Assembly (NCBI GenBank): GCA_002306315.1
Contig: DBRK01000006.1
Coordinates: 1-51,801, forward strand
DNA: 51,801 nucleotides
Direction of reading: 5' to 3'
Origin: Patescibacteria group bacterium UBA1370
GTDB lineage: Bacteria; Patescibacteriota; Microgenomatia; UBA1400; PJMF01
In this document: one piece after another, positions 38,227 to 48,541 of the stretch
How positions within the stretch are numbered: the stretch's first letter is position 1
Layout of the letters: every line of letters begins with the position of its first letter
Program-made: the position numbers and the translations under genes
Notes under the pieces: model-generated
The model's database searches: none
Seen by the model: the letters and a program-made list of their open reading frames with translations, nothing else
What the model was told of the DNA's origin: nothing

Positions 38227-40236
38227 TTAATTAGTTTTTTTGCGTCTGGTTTTAAGAGCCCGTTTTGGCCGGCGGCCAACTTTGCCATTTTCATTAAAAT
38301 CGTAAGGGTCTTCGTTGGCAACTTTGGCAAAACCCATGATTTTTTCAAACTCTTCTCCGTCAATAGTTTCTATCTCCAGCAAACGATCAGAAACAGCGTC
38401 GAGCTCCTTGCGATACTTCTTCAGCAATTCCAAAGATTTTGCTTCACCTTCAGCAACAATTTTAGCAATCTCGGCGTCAACTTTTTCCAAAACCCGGTCA
38501 GAAACTTTAAGCGGTTCACCCCAAGCCTTACTGTAATCCACACTTTCATACTGGGGACTGAAATTAATAGCCCCCAGGTTGCTCATACCATAATCCATGA
38601 CCATAGCCCGGGCAATTCTGGTGGCGCGCTCAATGTCGCTGCTAGCTCCAGCAGTTTGTTCATTGAAAATAAAGTTCTCGGCTGCCCGGCCGCCAAGCAA
38701 GACCGCAATCCGGTCAATCAATTCGGAACGGGTAGTTTGCAGCTTGTCGCGCTCCGGCGACATGTAAGTAAAACCAAGGGCGTGGCCGCGGGAAACAATC
38801 GAGATCCGCTGCACCGGATCGGCATGAGGTGAAACATGGGCGACAATGGCGTGGCCGGCTTCGTGGTAAGCCGTCATTTTCCTTTCGTAGTCATTTTGTA
38901 GGCGTTTCTTACTGGGGCCAAGTTTGACTTTGAGCGAAGCTTCCTCGATGTCCATCATGTTAATCTGGTCGCGGTTTTCCCGAGCGGCGCCAATCGCTGC
39001 TTCGTTGAGCATGTTCTCGATGTCAGCACCTGAGAAACCTACTGTCCTTTTAGCTACTTTGTCCCAGTTAACATCGTCGGTAAAAGGCTTGCCGGTAGCG
39101 TGAATCGAGAGAATGTATTTGCGCTCATCAAGATCAGGAAGCTGCACTAGAACCCGGCGGTCGAACCGTCCCGGCCGGACCAGCGCCGGATCTAACATAT
39201 CGCCGCGGTTGGTGGCGGCCATGACAATCACATTGTCATTCTGGGTAAAGCCATCCATTTCCACCAAAATCTGGTTCAGGGTCTGCTCACGTTCGTCATG
39301 GCCGCCGAAGCTGCCCTGGCCACGCATGCGGCCGATAGCGTCGATTTCATCGATAAAAATGATGGCAGGGGCAATTTTTTTGGCTGTAGTAAAAAGGTCG
39401 CGCACCCGTGAAGCACCCACACCCACCAGCATTTCCATAAACTCGCTGCCGGCAATGGAAAGAAACTGGACATTGGCTTCTCCAGCAACAGCCCGGGCAA
39501 GAAGGGTTTTGCCGGTACCGGATGGCCCCACCAGCAGCACACCCTTGGGCGTACGGGCTCCAACTTTGCGATACTTCTTGGGATTCTTGAGAAAGTCGAC
39601 AATTTCCTCAAGTTCTTTCTTGGCCTCATCCATGCCGCCCACGTTAGCAAAAGTCGTGTTCTGTTTGCCTTTGATGAAAAGCTTGGCTTTGCTCTTGCCG
39701 ATACCCATCAGACCGGCTTGGCCGCCCCGGGCTTGGCGGAAAATAATAAAGAAAAAACCGAGCATCAACAGAATCGGCAGCAAGCTCAATATCAGCTCCC
39801 AAACCATAGAGCCAAACGAAAAGCTTTGCACCGCTATCTCCACTTCTGCTGGGTCAAGTCCTGCCGCTTCAAAAACACTGACCACATCTTGTCCAGGCTC
39901 TTTCTGAACCAGACGGACTGTTTCGTCCGTATAAGTCACCCGGAGTTCATCGCCGGTGATAGCAATACGTTCCACTTTGTCTTCGCGGACGTCCGTGATC
40001 AATTGGCTGAGTGGAATTTCTTCCGCCGGTTCACCGGTAAATAAAGAAATAATGAAAGGAATAAACAAGAGGCCGATGAATAAGTAAAGCAGTGCTTTGC
40101 TGAAGAAGTTGTTCATCTCCAGGTTGGCGCCAAATTGCTGCTTCTTCTGTTGATTCTTTTTGCCAGAAGGTTTTGCGGCTTTCTTTGCTTGTTCTGCTTG
40201 TTCGGCCAATTGGTCGTCGAGGTTATTGATGTCCAT
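38227..40236 (-). CDS. ftsH: ATP-dependent zinc metalloprotease FtsH
   Basis: Two TM helices, [28 protein letters not shown]. Confidence 0.97.
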   Translation of the reverse strand: MDINNLDDQLAEQAEQAKKAAKPSGKKNQQKKQQFGANLEMNNFFSKALLYLFIGLLFIPFIISLFTGEPAEEIPLSQLITDVREDKVERIAITGDELRVTYTDETVRLVQKEPGQDVVSVFEAAGLDPAEVEIAVQSFSFGSMVWELILSLLPILLMLGFFFIIFRQARGGQAGLMGIGKSKAKLFIKGKQNTTFANVGGMDEAKKELEEIVDFLKNPKKYRKVGARTPKGVLLVGPSGTGKTLLARAVAGEANVQFLSIAGSEFMEMLVGVGASRVRDLFTTAKKIAPAIIFIDEIDAIGRMRGQGSFGGHDEREQTLNQILVEMDGFTQNDNVIVMAATNRGDMLDPALVRPGRFDRRVLVQLPDLDERKYILSIHATGKPFTDDVNWDKVAKRTVGFSGADIENMLNEAAIGAARENRDQINMMDIEEASLKVKLGPSKKRLQNDYERKMTAYHEAGHAIVAHVSPHADPVQRISIVSRGHALGFTYMSPERDKLQTTRSELIDRIAVLLGGRAAENFIFNEQTAGASSDIERATRIARAMVMDYGMSNLGAINFSPQYESVDYSKAWGEPLKVSDRVLEKVDAEIAKIVAEGEAKSLELLKKYRKELDAVSDRLLEIETIDGEEFEKIMGFAKVANEDPYDFNENGKVGRRPKRALKTRRKKTN

Positions 40237-40292
40237 AATGCTGTTGAAGCGTCACTTATTGTACCATGTCAGACCTGATTGAGAAGTTGCAA

Positions 40293-40319
40293 TTAGCAGT
40301 TTTGATTAATCTCTGCTAA
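40293..40319. promoter_or_regulatory. CIRCE-like operator upstream of ftsH
   Basis: TTAGCAGTT-N9-CTCTGCTAA. Confidence 0.7.
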
Positions 40320-40381
40320 ACCGGCCAGAGTCGAGTCCAGACTGGAATAACTGCTATCAGCGTGTCCCACAAAAACATGGA

Positions 40382-40714
40382 TTAGCGTACTTTTGAACCG
40401 TCAGGCACAGTCGCGGCTGGCTGCAGCAACACCGCTGCCTCGCCGCTGTCAGCGGCCAGCAACATCCCCTGGCTTTCTACGCCTTTCAGCAGCCGCGCCT
40501 CCAGGTTGGCTAAATACACCACTTGCCGACCTATCAACTCTTCCGGCTGGTAAAAAGCCTTGATGCCGGCTGCCACTGTCCGTTCACCCAGCTCGCCAGC
40601 ATCTAAAGTGATCTTATAAAGCCTGTCAGCGCCCTCGATATTTTCTACAGCCTTGATGGTTGCTACCCTGATATCTAGAGCAGAAAATTGGTCATAATTT
40701 ACTGATGACGTCAT
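40382..40714 (-). CDS. tRNA-binding OB-fold protein (Trbp111/MetRS C-terminal/CsaA-like)
   Basis: F.ALDIRVA.I, ADRLYK, RTVAAGI, NL..R.LKGVESQGMLLAA; AAGGAAGG SD before ATG 40714. Confidence 0.88.
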   Translation of the reverse strand: MTSSVNYDQFSALDIRVATIKAVENIEGADRLYKITLDAGELGERTVAAGIKAFYQPEELIGRQVVYLANLEARLLKGVESQGMLLAADSGEAAVLLQPAATVPDGSKVR

Positions 40715-40762
40715 GTTTTCCTTCCTTTTTCTGTACTTGCAGGCTGGCGGTTTCGGCAATCC

Positions 40763-41746
40763 TCAACCTAGTCCCAACTTTTGCCTGACATCCGCCAAAG
40801 TAGCGGCAGCTATTTTCCGGGCTTTTACAGCTCCATCTGTTATCACTTGATCCACATAACCGGGATCAGCAATTATTTCCGCCCGTTTTTCTTGAAAAGG
40901 CCGCAGGCTTTCAAAAATTGCCTCAGCCAGTTCTGCCTTAATATCACCATAGCGGACTCCGGTACTTGTGTACTGCGCTTCGTATTCACGGCGTCGCTCC
41001 ACACCTTGCACCAATTCCACCAACTTGAACAAATTAGCCACCGGACCATCTTGCGGTACTGCCGCACCCTGACCAGAATCTGTAGGCGCGCTCATCACCC
41101 GCTTGCGAAGCGTTTGCAAATCATCCGTCAGACTGATGTAACTGCCCGGCACTGACTTGCTCATTTTGCCTTCACCCGACAGCGACGGCACATACTCGCC
41201 TTTGGTGGCAAAGCGCTGCGGCTCAGGGAAATTGGTATCATACATCTGGTTAAATTTGCGGGCTAACTGCCTGGCAACCTCCAGATGCGGCTCCTGGTCA
41301 ATGCCGACTGGAACCAACTCCGCCTGGTAAACCAAAATATCCGCCGCCATCAGCACCGGATAATTAAGCAACGCCATGGTGTTGTGCTCAGGATATTGCT
41401 TCACTTTATCCTTAAAAGTCGGTAGGTGCTGCATCCTGGCAATGGTAGCTACAGAAGACAAATAGTAAGCTAGCTCCAGGTGTTCACAAACATCAGCCTG
41501 CAGGAAAAGCACACTTTTTTCCGGATCAATGCCAGCTGCCAGATAATCAATCAGTACCTCGCGACGGTTTTGCCTGAGTTCTTCGACTGAATAGGGAGTC
41601 GTCAGGGTATGGAGATCAGCCACCATGTACAAAGTTTCATACTCCTGGTCATCCTGAAGCTCCAACATGCCTTTGACAGCACCCAGATAGTTGCCCAAAT
41701 GCAGCCGGCCGGTAGCCCTGATACCTGATAACACTCGTTTTTTCAT
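40763..41746 (-). CDS. trpS: Tryptophan--tRNA ligase
   Basis: SGIRATGRLHLGNYLG, YPVLMAADIL, VPVGIDQ, KMSKS; start placed at MKKRV. Confidence 0.95.
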   Translation of the reverse strand: MKKRVLSGIRATGRLHLGNYLGAVKGMLELQDDQEYETLYMVADLHTLTTPYSVEELRQNRREVLIDYLAAGIDPEKSVLFLQADVCEHLELAYYLSSVATIARMQHLPTFKDKVKQYPEHNTMALLNYPVLMAADILVYQAELVPVGIDQEPHLEVARQLARKFNQMYDTNFPEPQRFATKGEYVPSLSGEGKMSKSVPGSYISLTDDLQTLRKRVMSAPTDSGQGAAVPQDGPVANLFKLVELVQGVERRREYEAQYTSTGVRYGDIKAELAEAIFESLRPFQEKRAEIIADPGYVDQVITDGAVKARKIAAATLADVRQKLGLG

Positions 41747-41818
41747 AATATATTTCCTTAAACTTGCTTTTATTGTACCGTACCCAAACCATTTACAGTG
41801 GGAAACCTGGTACGGCAT

Positions 41819-41844
41819 AAAAAAGCTCCCACTGTTGGGGAGCT
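41819..41844 (-). terminator. Attenuator terminator upstream of trpS
   Basis: AGCTCCC-CAACAGT-GGGAGCT-TTTTT. Confidence 0.88.
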
Positions 41845-41871
41845 ATAAATCTCTATCACTTTTCAGCCGCG

Positions 41872-41952
41872 CTAATGCAGCCAAGCGCTCCCCTTGCATT
41901 TGAAATAGTGCCACCACAATAAAATCTGGTCGTAATTATTTAAAAATGTCAT
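41872..41952 (-). CDS. trpS leader peptide MTFLNNYDQILLWWHYFKCKGSAWLH
   Basis: 26 codons with tandem TGG TGG; AAGGA upstream; contains GGGGAGC, complementary to the terminator 5' arm. Confidence 0.75.
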   Translation of the reverse strand: MTFLNNYDQILLWWHYFKCKGSAWLH

Positions 41953-41992
41953 ATGAGGAATTTCCTTACACCAAACCTGCCAAAGACAAAAT

Positions 41993-42859
41993 TTACAACT
42001 CCTCAATCTGGATATTCGGTTCCATCTCTGGTTGCTCTATCAGTTTGAGGTATTTCTCAGTGGTGGTAATCCGTTTGTGACCGACCAACTGAGAAACATA
42101 AACCAGCGGGGTGCCGGCTTTAAGCTGCTCAACAATGAAGGTGTGTCTGAGGTCATTGACCTTGGCATCACGAATTCCAGCCAAACGGAAATAGCGGTCG
42201 ATGGCTGTCCGGATATTGCGGACCAGGAAGGGCCGGCAGGTTTTGGTCAGAAAAACGGTCTTTTCGCGGGTGCGGGGCCGGACCTCCAGATAATCCATCA
42301 GGGCTTTCTTGCCGGCATCGTTAAGAGGCACCTTACGGGCTTCACGGGAGTTTTGAGCACGAATAAAAATCACGTCCCTCTCAAAATCCAGGTCTTCCAT
42401 CTGCAAGCTAGCCAGTTCACTGATGCGCATGCCTGTCTGCAGCAACAACTCGACAATGGCTGCCATCCGAGCATCACCGCGGGCAGCGTCACGCAAGGCG
42501 CGGTACTCGATTTTGGAAAGAACCCGCGGAGGAGTTTGGTCATAACGAGGATGAGCGATGTCATCGGCTGGATTGTCCTCGATATAGCCCTCAGCAATTA
42601 AAAAGCGGAAAAATGATTTGATAGAGTTAATTTTGCGGGAAACAGATTTTCCGGTATAACGATTCTTTTTTAGCTGTTCCTTAAACTCTTCAATGTCGGT
42701 TTGATTGACTTCATCTACCTGGGTCTTGCCTTTTTTGCCCACAAAATCAATTAATTGCTCAATGTCTTTGGTATAGGCAATTATGGTTGCGTGAGCTTTG
42801 CCGGCCTGTCTAAGATGGTCCTCGTACAAAGCTTGTGCATCTGCTAGTGTCTTTGTCAT
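41993..42859 (-). CDS. XerC/XerD-like tyrosine recombinase
   Basis: SAM-like N-domain (SIKSFFRFL..EG.I..NP), TGMRISE, DLRHTF, VGH..ITTTEKY. Confidence 0.88.
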   Translation of the reverse strand: MTKTLADAQALYEDHLRQAGKAHATIIAYTKDIEQLIDFVGKKGKTQVDEVNQTDIEEFKEQLKKNRYTGKSVSRKINSIKSFFRFLIAEGYIEDNPADDIAHPRYDQTPPRVLSKIEYRALRDAARGDARMAAIVELLLQTGMRISELASLQMEDLDFERDVIFIRAQNSREARKVPLNDAGKKALMDYLEVRPRTREKTVFLTKTCRPFLVRNIRTAIDRYFRLAGIRDAKVNDLRHTFIVEQLKAGTPLVYVSQLVGHKRITTTEKYLKLIEQPEMEPNIQIEEL

Positions 42860-42993
42860 ACATTCCGTACCATACTGGGTATGGTTTAACTATAATATTA
42901 ATACAAACATTGGACTCGTGAGGCAGAGGACGGGTCGATCGTTATTTTAGCCGATAACACATCTTATAATACCACGTACAGTGCTTAAATGCA

Positions 42994-43353
42994 ATGCTAA
43001 AACACCTTAATAATCCTATAGTTCTGATACTTTTCCTGTTTTTTAGCGTCATGTTTTACCTATCATTGGACAAAACAGCTGAAAAACGCCAACAATCGGC
43101 TGCCACCATAGAGCAACTGGAACGAGAAGTTGCCATAGATAGAGCAAAATTAGAACAACTTGAACAGCAGGCTTCCGCTGCAGCCACCGATTTTGCTAAA
43201 GAAAAAATTATCCGCGATGATCTGCTCATGAAAGAACCAGGCGAAATCGTGGTGCAGCTACCGGATATTGAGCTGACGGAACCAAAAAAAGAGGTTGAAA
43301 GCGACCAAAAAACACCTCTGGAGGAGTGGAAGGTGTTGATTTTTGGAGAATAA
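42994..43353 (+). CDS. Septum formation initiator (FtsB/DivIC-like)
   Basis: TM helix, coiled coil, EKIIRDDLLMKEPGE. Confidence 0.75.
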   Translation: MLKHLNNPIVLILFLFFSVMFYLSLDKTAEKRQQSAATIEQLEREVAIDRAKLEQLEQQASAAATDFAKEKIIRDDLLMKEPGEIVVQLPDIELTEPKKEVESDQKTPLEEWKVLIFGE

Positions 43354-43362
43354 ATTATTAAG

Positions 43363-43391
43363 AAAAAAACCCGCCATCCTTGGCGAGTTTT
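43363..43391 (-). terminator. Terminator between convergent ftsB-like gene and tRNA
   Basis: AAAACTCGCCA-AGGA-TGGCGGGTTTTTTT on the minus strand. Confidence 0.8.
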
Positions 43392-43405
43392 CTTATTTTC
43401 TAGTG

Positions 43406-43474
43406 TTGCGGGACTGGGAGTCGAACCCAGCCTGTGAGATTATGAGCCTCACGTGCACCCTACACTATCCCGCG
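43406..43474 (-). tRNA. tRNA-Met(CAT), initiator-like, 69 nt
   Basis: Acceptor CGCGGGA/TCCCGCA with C1:A72, loop CTCATAA, T-arm CTGGG-TTCGACT-CCCAG; CCA not encoded; TTGACT-16-TATAAT promoter at 43487-43514. Confidence 0.88.
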
Positions 43475-43603
43475 CGTACGGGGTGTATTATAACAACCCG
43501 GCGTCGGAAGTCAAAGCTGGCTGGCACCTGACTTACTATGAATGTTGTCAAGAGTCCGGCCAAGCTCCCCTCCGCCTGTTTTTCTGCTATAATAACCGCT
43601 CGA

Positions 43604-43677
43604 GGCAAGGTAGCTCAGTTGGTTAGAGCAGCGGATTCATAAACCGCAGGTCGTGGGTTCGAATCCCACCCTTGCTA
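43604..43677 (+). tRNA. tRNA-Met(CAT), probably elongator
   Basis: Acceptor GGCAAGG/CCTTGCT, D-arm GCTC/GAGC, loop TTCATAA, T-arm GTGGG-TTCGAAT-CCCAC; TGCTATAAT at 43585-43593. Confidence 0.9.
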
Positions 43678-43687
43678 CTTTTTGATT

Positions 43688-44293
43688 ATGGCACCACTTC
43701 AAAACCTCCTGCCCAGCTCCGTGGCTACTGTGCAAACAGGCAAATCCCATACTTTGGAAGACATCAAGCTATTGGATGGCTGGCGAGATGTACCTCTGGT
43801 GGAAATGGAGCAAGTTCACGGTAACTCAATCGAGATCTTGCAGGACCTGCCCATCGGCAGGCTTGCCGGTGCTGATGGAGTGATCACTACCCTAAAAGGC
43901 GTTGGTCTGACTGTCCGCACTGCTGACTGCTTGCCGGTGCTCCTCCACCATCCGGACGGCATCATTGGCGCCCTACACGCCGGGAGAAAGGGCACTGAAG
44001 CCGGCATTGTTATCCAGGCCGCCACCATTCTCAAAGACGCCTACGGAATCAAAGATGGTTTGCACGCTTGGTTTGGGCCAGCCATCTGCGAGCGGTGCTA
44101 TCAAATCGACCGGGAAACAGATACGCATTACAATCTGCTCAGAAACAACATCGAGCAGCTTTACGCAGTTTTTTCCCCGGAAAACATCGATATTCACTTC
44201 GCCAATATCTGCACCAAGGAAGATAAAAACTACCACTCGTACCGGGAGTCCGGTGAGGGCGTGGGCATGAATTACGCAGTGATTAGGTTGTAA
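43688..44293 (+). CDS. YfiH/PgeF (polyphenol oxidase/purine nucleoside phosphorylase) family protein
   Basis: QVHG, ADG.IT, TADCLPV, HAG, GPAIC..CY, CT....YHSYR. Confidence 0.9.
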   Translation: MAPLQNLLPSSVATVQTGKSHTLEDIKLLDGWRDVPLVEMEQVHGNSIEILQDLPIGRLAGADGVITTLKGVGLTVRTADCLPVLLHHPDGIIGALHAGRKGTEAGIVIQAATILKDAYGIKDGLHAWFGPAICERCYQIDRETDTHYNLLRNNIEQLYAVFSPENIDIHFANICTKEDKNYHSYRESGEGVGMNYAVIRL

Positions 44294-44340
44294 AGCGAGC
44301 ACTCTTTTCATCCAGGCAGCAAAAAACGGCGAAAGAGCCC

Positions 44341-44395
44341 ATAAAACACCAACAGAGTACCTAGAAGAACTAGATACTCTGCGGAGGTGTTTTAT
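44341..44395. repeat. Long imperfect inverted repeat between convergent yfiH-like gene and groEL
   Basis: ATAAAACACC..CAGAGTA.CTAG-AAGAA-CTAG.TACTCTG..GGTGTTTTAT. Confidence 0.7.
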
Positions 44396-44445
44396 CGGAG
44401 GCTGGAGTTGCCAGCCGTCTCTTGAGACGTATTTATTGCGCCAGA

Positions 44446-46083
<1,638 letters not shown>

Positions 46084-46131
46084 TCAGATTTTTTTGTTTA
46101 TTTGTTAAGAATTGCGAAATAATAGTGAAGA

Positions 46132-46440
46132 TTACTTGCCAATCACTGCCAAAACATCCTCAAACTTGAGAAACTGGTACTCAACATCATCGAGTTTGAA
46201 ATCATTGCCGCCCCATTTCTTGTAAATGACTGTGTCACCAGCCTTAACAGGAGCTTTGATTTCTGCACCGTCATCCATAATCGGGCCGCCCACGGCCAAA
46301 ACTTTGCCGTACTGGGGTTTTTCCTCATGAGTGTCGGGAAGATAAATTCCGGAAGCCGTTTTCTTCTCCGGCTCTGCTGGTTTAACTAAAACATAACCAG
46401 CTAAAGGCTTTATTTGGGAAATGGACAATGAATCAGCCAT
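46132..46440 (-). CDS. groS: Co-chaperonin GroES
   Basis: IKPL..YVLV, KTASGIYLPD, G.VLAVG, VK.GD.VIY.KWGG. Confidence 0.96.
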   Translation of the reverse strand: MADSLSISQIKPLAGYVLVKPAEPEKKTASGIYLPDTHEEKPQYGKVLAVGGPIMDDGAEIKAPVKAGDTVIYKKWGGNDFKLDDVEYQFLKFEDVLAVIGK

Positions 46441-46508
46441 TTGGTCCTTTCGTAAAAGAAAAATACTTTTGATACAAGACGATTAGCAACAATCAGTGAC
46501 TGCTACTG

Positions 46509-46545
46509 CTAGCAGTATATTACATAGACTGCTAAATTGTGTCAA
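46509..46545 (-). promoter_or_regulatory. groESL promoter with overlapping CIRCE-like operator
   Basis: TTGACA(46545-46540)-17-TAATAT; operator TTAGCAGTC-N9-TACTGCTAG at 46509-46535; second copy with 6-nt spacer at 46483-46506. Confidence 0.78.
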
Positions 46546-46594
46546 CACTAATTATCAATTGTTAAAAAGGGCAGTTTCCAGAGGAAAAACAGAA

Positions 46595-47260
46595 TTATGA
46601 GTATTCCGGAGCCGGCTGAGAATGATATGCGGCCTCCTGAGGCTGTGTATTGCGCTGACCAGTAGCAGCTTCATCAACAATGATTTCTTCCCGGCCGTCT
46701 CCGCGCACCGCCCGGACTTGAGAAAGCAGAAAACCTTCGCACTCCAAACCACGGTCAGTAAAATAATGCTGCAATTCGTCGCGCACCAGCGCTTCCACCT
46801 GGTTGCGGTTTTGTTTTATCTGCTCGAGAGTTAGAGTTGAAAAAATCCTGGCAATGCTGCTCCGTGAAAAAGGCCTGACCACCTTGGAAACCACGTTCTC
46901 GCCAATATTCTCCCAAAGCTCGGGGGCATTTTTCCGGTCGATCCGGAAAAGAATCGAGCCTTCCACCGTAATGTCTTTGCCATCCCTGGTGGAGGTAAAC
47001 ACTGGACCGTCACCTAACGCTTCTTTATTTTTGGAAAAGTCAAAGCCGTCGCGGATAGAATAATCAAGGATTTGGGCATTAAAAAGCTTGGCCACCTGCC
47101 AAAAAGGAATCTTGAAGTGCAAACCCGGCCCCCAGACCCGCGGCAAAACACCCCGTCCCCGGTCATAGACACAAGCCACATGCCCGGGAGGAACGGATAT
47201 AAAAAATCCGCCCACCACTTCATCGACTAAAAAGGAAACAACCAGCCTATCGAATTCCAT
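46595..47260 (-). CDS. SPFH/prohibitin-domain protein
   Basis: VPPGHV..V, PGLHFKIPFWQ, TRDG..ITVEGSILFRI. Confidence 0.82.
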   Translation of the reverse strand: MEFDRLVVSFLVDEVVGGFFISVPPGHVACVYDRGRGVLPRVWGPGLHFKIPFWQVAKLFNAQILDYSIRDGFDFSKNKEALGDGPVFTSTRDGKDITVEGSILFRIDRKNAPELWENIGENVVSKVVRPFSRSSIARIFSTLTLEQIKQNRNQVEALVRDELQHYFTDRGLECEGFLLSQVRAVRGDGREEIIVDEAATGQRNTQPQEAAYHSQPAPEYS

Positions 47261-47350
47261 ATAAGGTATTGTAATGGGAATAATTCATAAACGGAAGTAG
47301 GGCTGTCGCCGAGAACACTGGCGCCGTTTCAGAGGCAAAGCCATAGACAA

Positions 47351-48133
47351 CTAGCCAACTGTCTTGACTACCACTTGTTCTTCCTGGCTGTCGGCAGCTT
47401 CCTTGCTCTCCCAGCGCGCTCGATAATCCTGGTACTTGCGCTTTACCAACCGGTACAAAGCCAGAATAATACTAATGATCAAAGTGGTAATGATAAACAG
47501 CTTCTTTCCGGCCGGCATAGCCATAAAGACCAAGAATGATACCACCGGCAAGATCAACTGCAGGCGGACTACTTCCTTGCGGGTAACCTTGAAAGGAGAA
47601 GCCAGCACTGATACTGTTTCCAAAACAAAAATTAGGATGGATTGCAGCAGGTTCAGAGTGTAATTGGTATGAGTCAGGTCATATTTGCCCAAAAACATTA
47701 AGTTAAAAGGCTTTTCCACTTCAGGCATAAAATTATAAATCATGTGCAGATCTTTACCAGGCAAGCCGGTTTGGAACATTTTCCAGAGCATCAAAGCGAT
47801 AGAAACCTGGATGGACAAATTAAACAGCTCGGCAATTAAAATGCGCTTGTTTTTGCGCATCACCTTCTTCTTTTCCTTTTCAGCCCGGATTGGGTCGGAT
47901 GAAAAGGCATCCTCAATTTCTTTGATTTCTGCCGCTATTGCCCGCCTCTCCTCTTCAGATTCATGGCCGGCCAGGGAGAGCGGCAGCAGCAACAGCCTGA
48001 TAAAGATAGTCAGGAGAATAACTGCCACACCCATGTCTGGGTTTTCCATGAAAAAACTGAGAATCCAGTACAAAAAAACCAGCACATTTAGAAACGGCTG
48101 GTAAATGAAGGTGATAAATAGCTCGGCTAACAT
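47351..48133 (-). CDS. yidC: YidC/Oxa1-family membrane insertase (short form)
   Basis: GVAVILLTIFIRLLLLPL, coiled hairpin, FLG..DL, MPAG. Confidence 0.8.
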   Translation of the reverse strand: MLAELFITFIYQPFLNVLVFLYWILSFFMENPDMGVAVILLTIFIRLLLLPLSLAGHESEEERRAIAAEIKEIEDAFSSDPIRAEKEKKKVMRKNKRILIAELFNLSIQVSIALMLWKMFQTGLPGKDLHMIYNFMPEVEKPFNLMFLGKYDLTHTNYTLNLLQSILIFVLETVSVLASPFKVTRKEVVRLQLILPVVSFLVFMAMPAGKKLFIITTLIISIILALYRLVKRKYQDYRARWESKEAADSQEEQVVVKTVG

Positions 48134-48150
48134 CGGGGGCAGACCTTGAT

Positions 48151-48507
48151 CTAGCTGGTAAGCCTCTGGTCCTCACTGAGGATGGACTCAACCAGCTCCA
48201 TCGAGTCCTGCAGCACCAGAATCAACTCCTGAGACATTTCCATTGCCTCTTCATCCAGAGACATATTGTCGAGCATCATATTTGAGTCATCGATGAAGGC
48301 ATCAAATGCCGACTGGACTATCTCGCCATGTGCCAGAATCCATTCTTCCCGCTCGTCTTTGGACATCAAGAGAATGGATTGCAGAACTTGATTGACCTGC
48401 TTAATTTCGTGCGTTTTGAGAAATAAATTAAATTTTGTGAAATTAGGGGCGGAATTGCTGGGGGCAAGCGTGGATTTAACTCCCATATTTTTGATTGTAT
48501 CAAACAT
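48151..48507 (-). CDS. Acidic helical hypothetical protein
   Basis: Start placed at MFDTIK to avoid overlap with the divergent gene. Confidence 0.6.
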   Translation of the reverse strand: MFDTIKNMGVKSTLAPSNSAPNFTKFNLFLKTHEIKQVNQVLQSILLMSKDEREEWILAHGEIVQSAFDAFIDDSNMMLDNMSLDEEAMEMSQELILVLQDSMELVESILSEDQRLTS

Positions 48508-48541
48508 TTTATCTGGCTTCTGCGTTATAATACCCGGCGCT

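Noticed and set aside
37185-38363. Extended N-termini in the ORF track (exonuclease from 38363, tsaC-E from 48392, trpS from 41818, small protein from 8562, sufC from 18916)
   Set aside because: They overlap neighbouring genes or regulatory elements; downstream ATGs fit the family N-termini and SD/-10 signals better.
39113-39907. Long plus-strand ORFs antisense to ftsH, dnaK, groEL, pnp and others
   Set aside because: Shadow ORFs of conserved genes with no recognisable motifs.
41845-41990. T-box riboswitch for trpS (GGTGGCAC resembles the T-box core)
   Set aside because: Only about 75 AT-rich nt lie upstream, too little for Stem I, and no specifier/GA motifs are visible. GGTGG is explained by the tandem Trp codons. 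An Infernal T-box scan would settle it.
41993-43677. Prophage or integrative element (recombinase near tRNAs)
   Set aside because: Flanked only by housekeeping genes; no tRNA 3' duplication (att site) or phage/ICE genes seen.
43604-43677. Second CAT tRNA as tRNA-Ile2 (lysidine)
   Set aside because: The G1-U72 GGC...GCTA acceptor and TTCATA loop look more like elongator Met; not fully excluded without isotype models.
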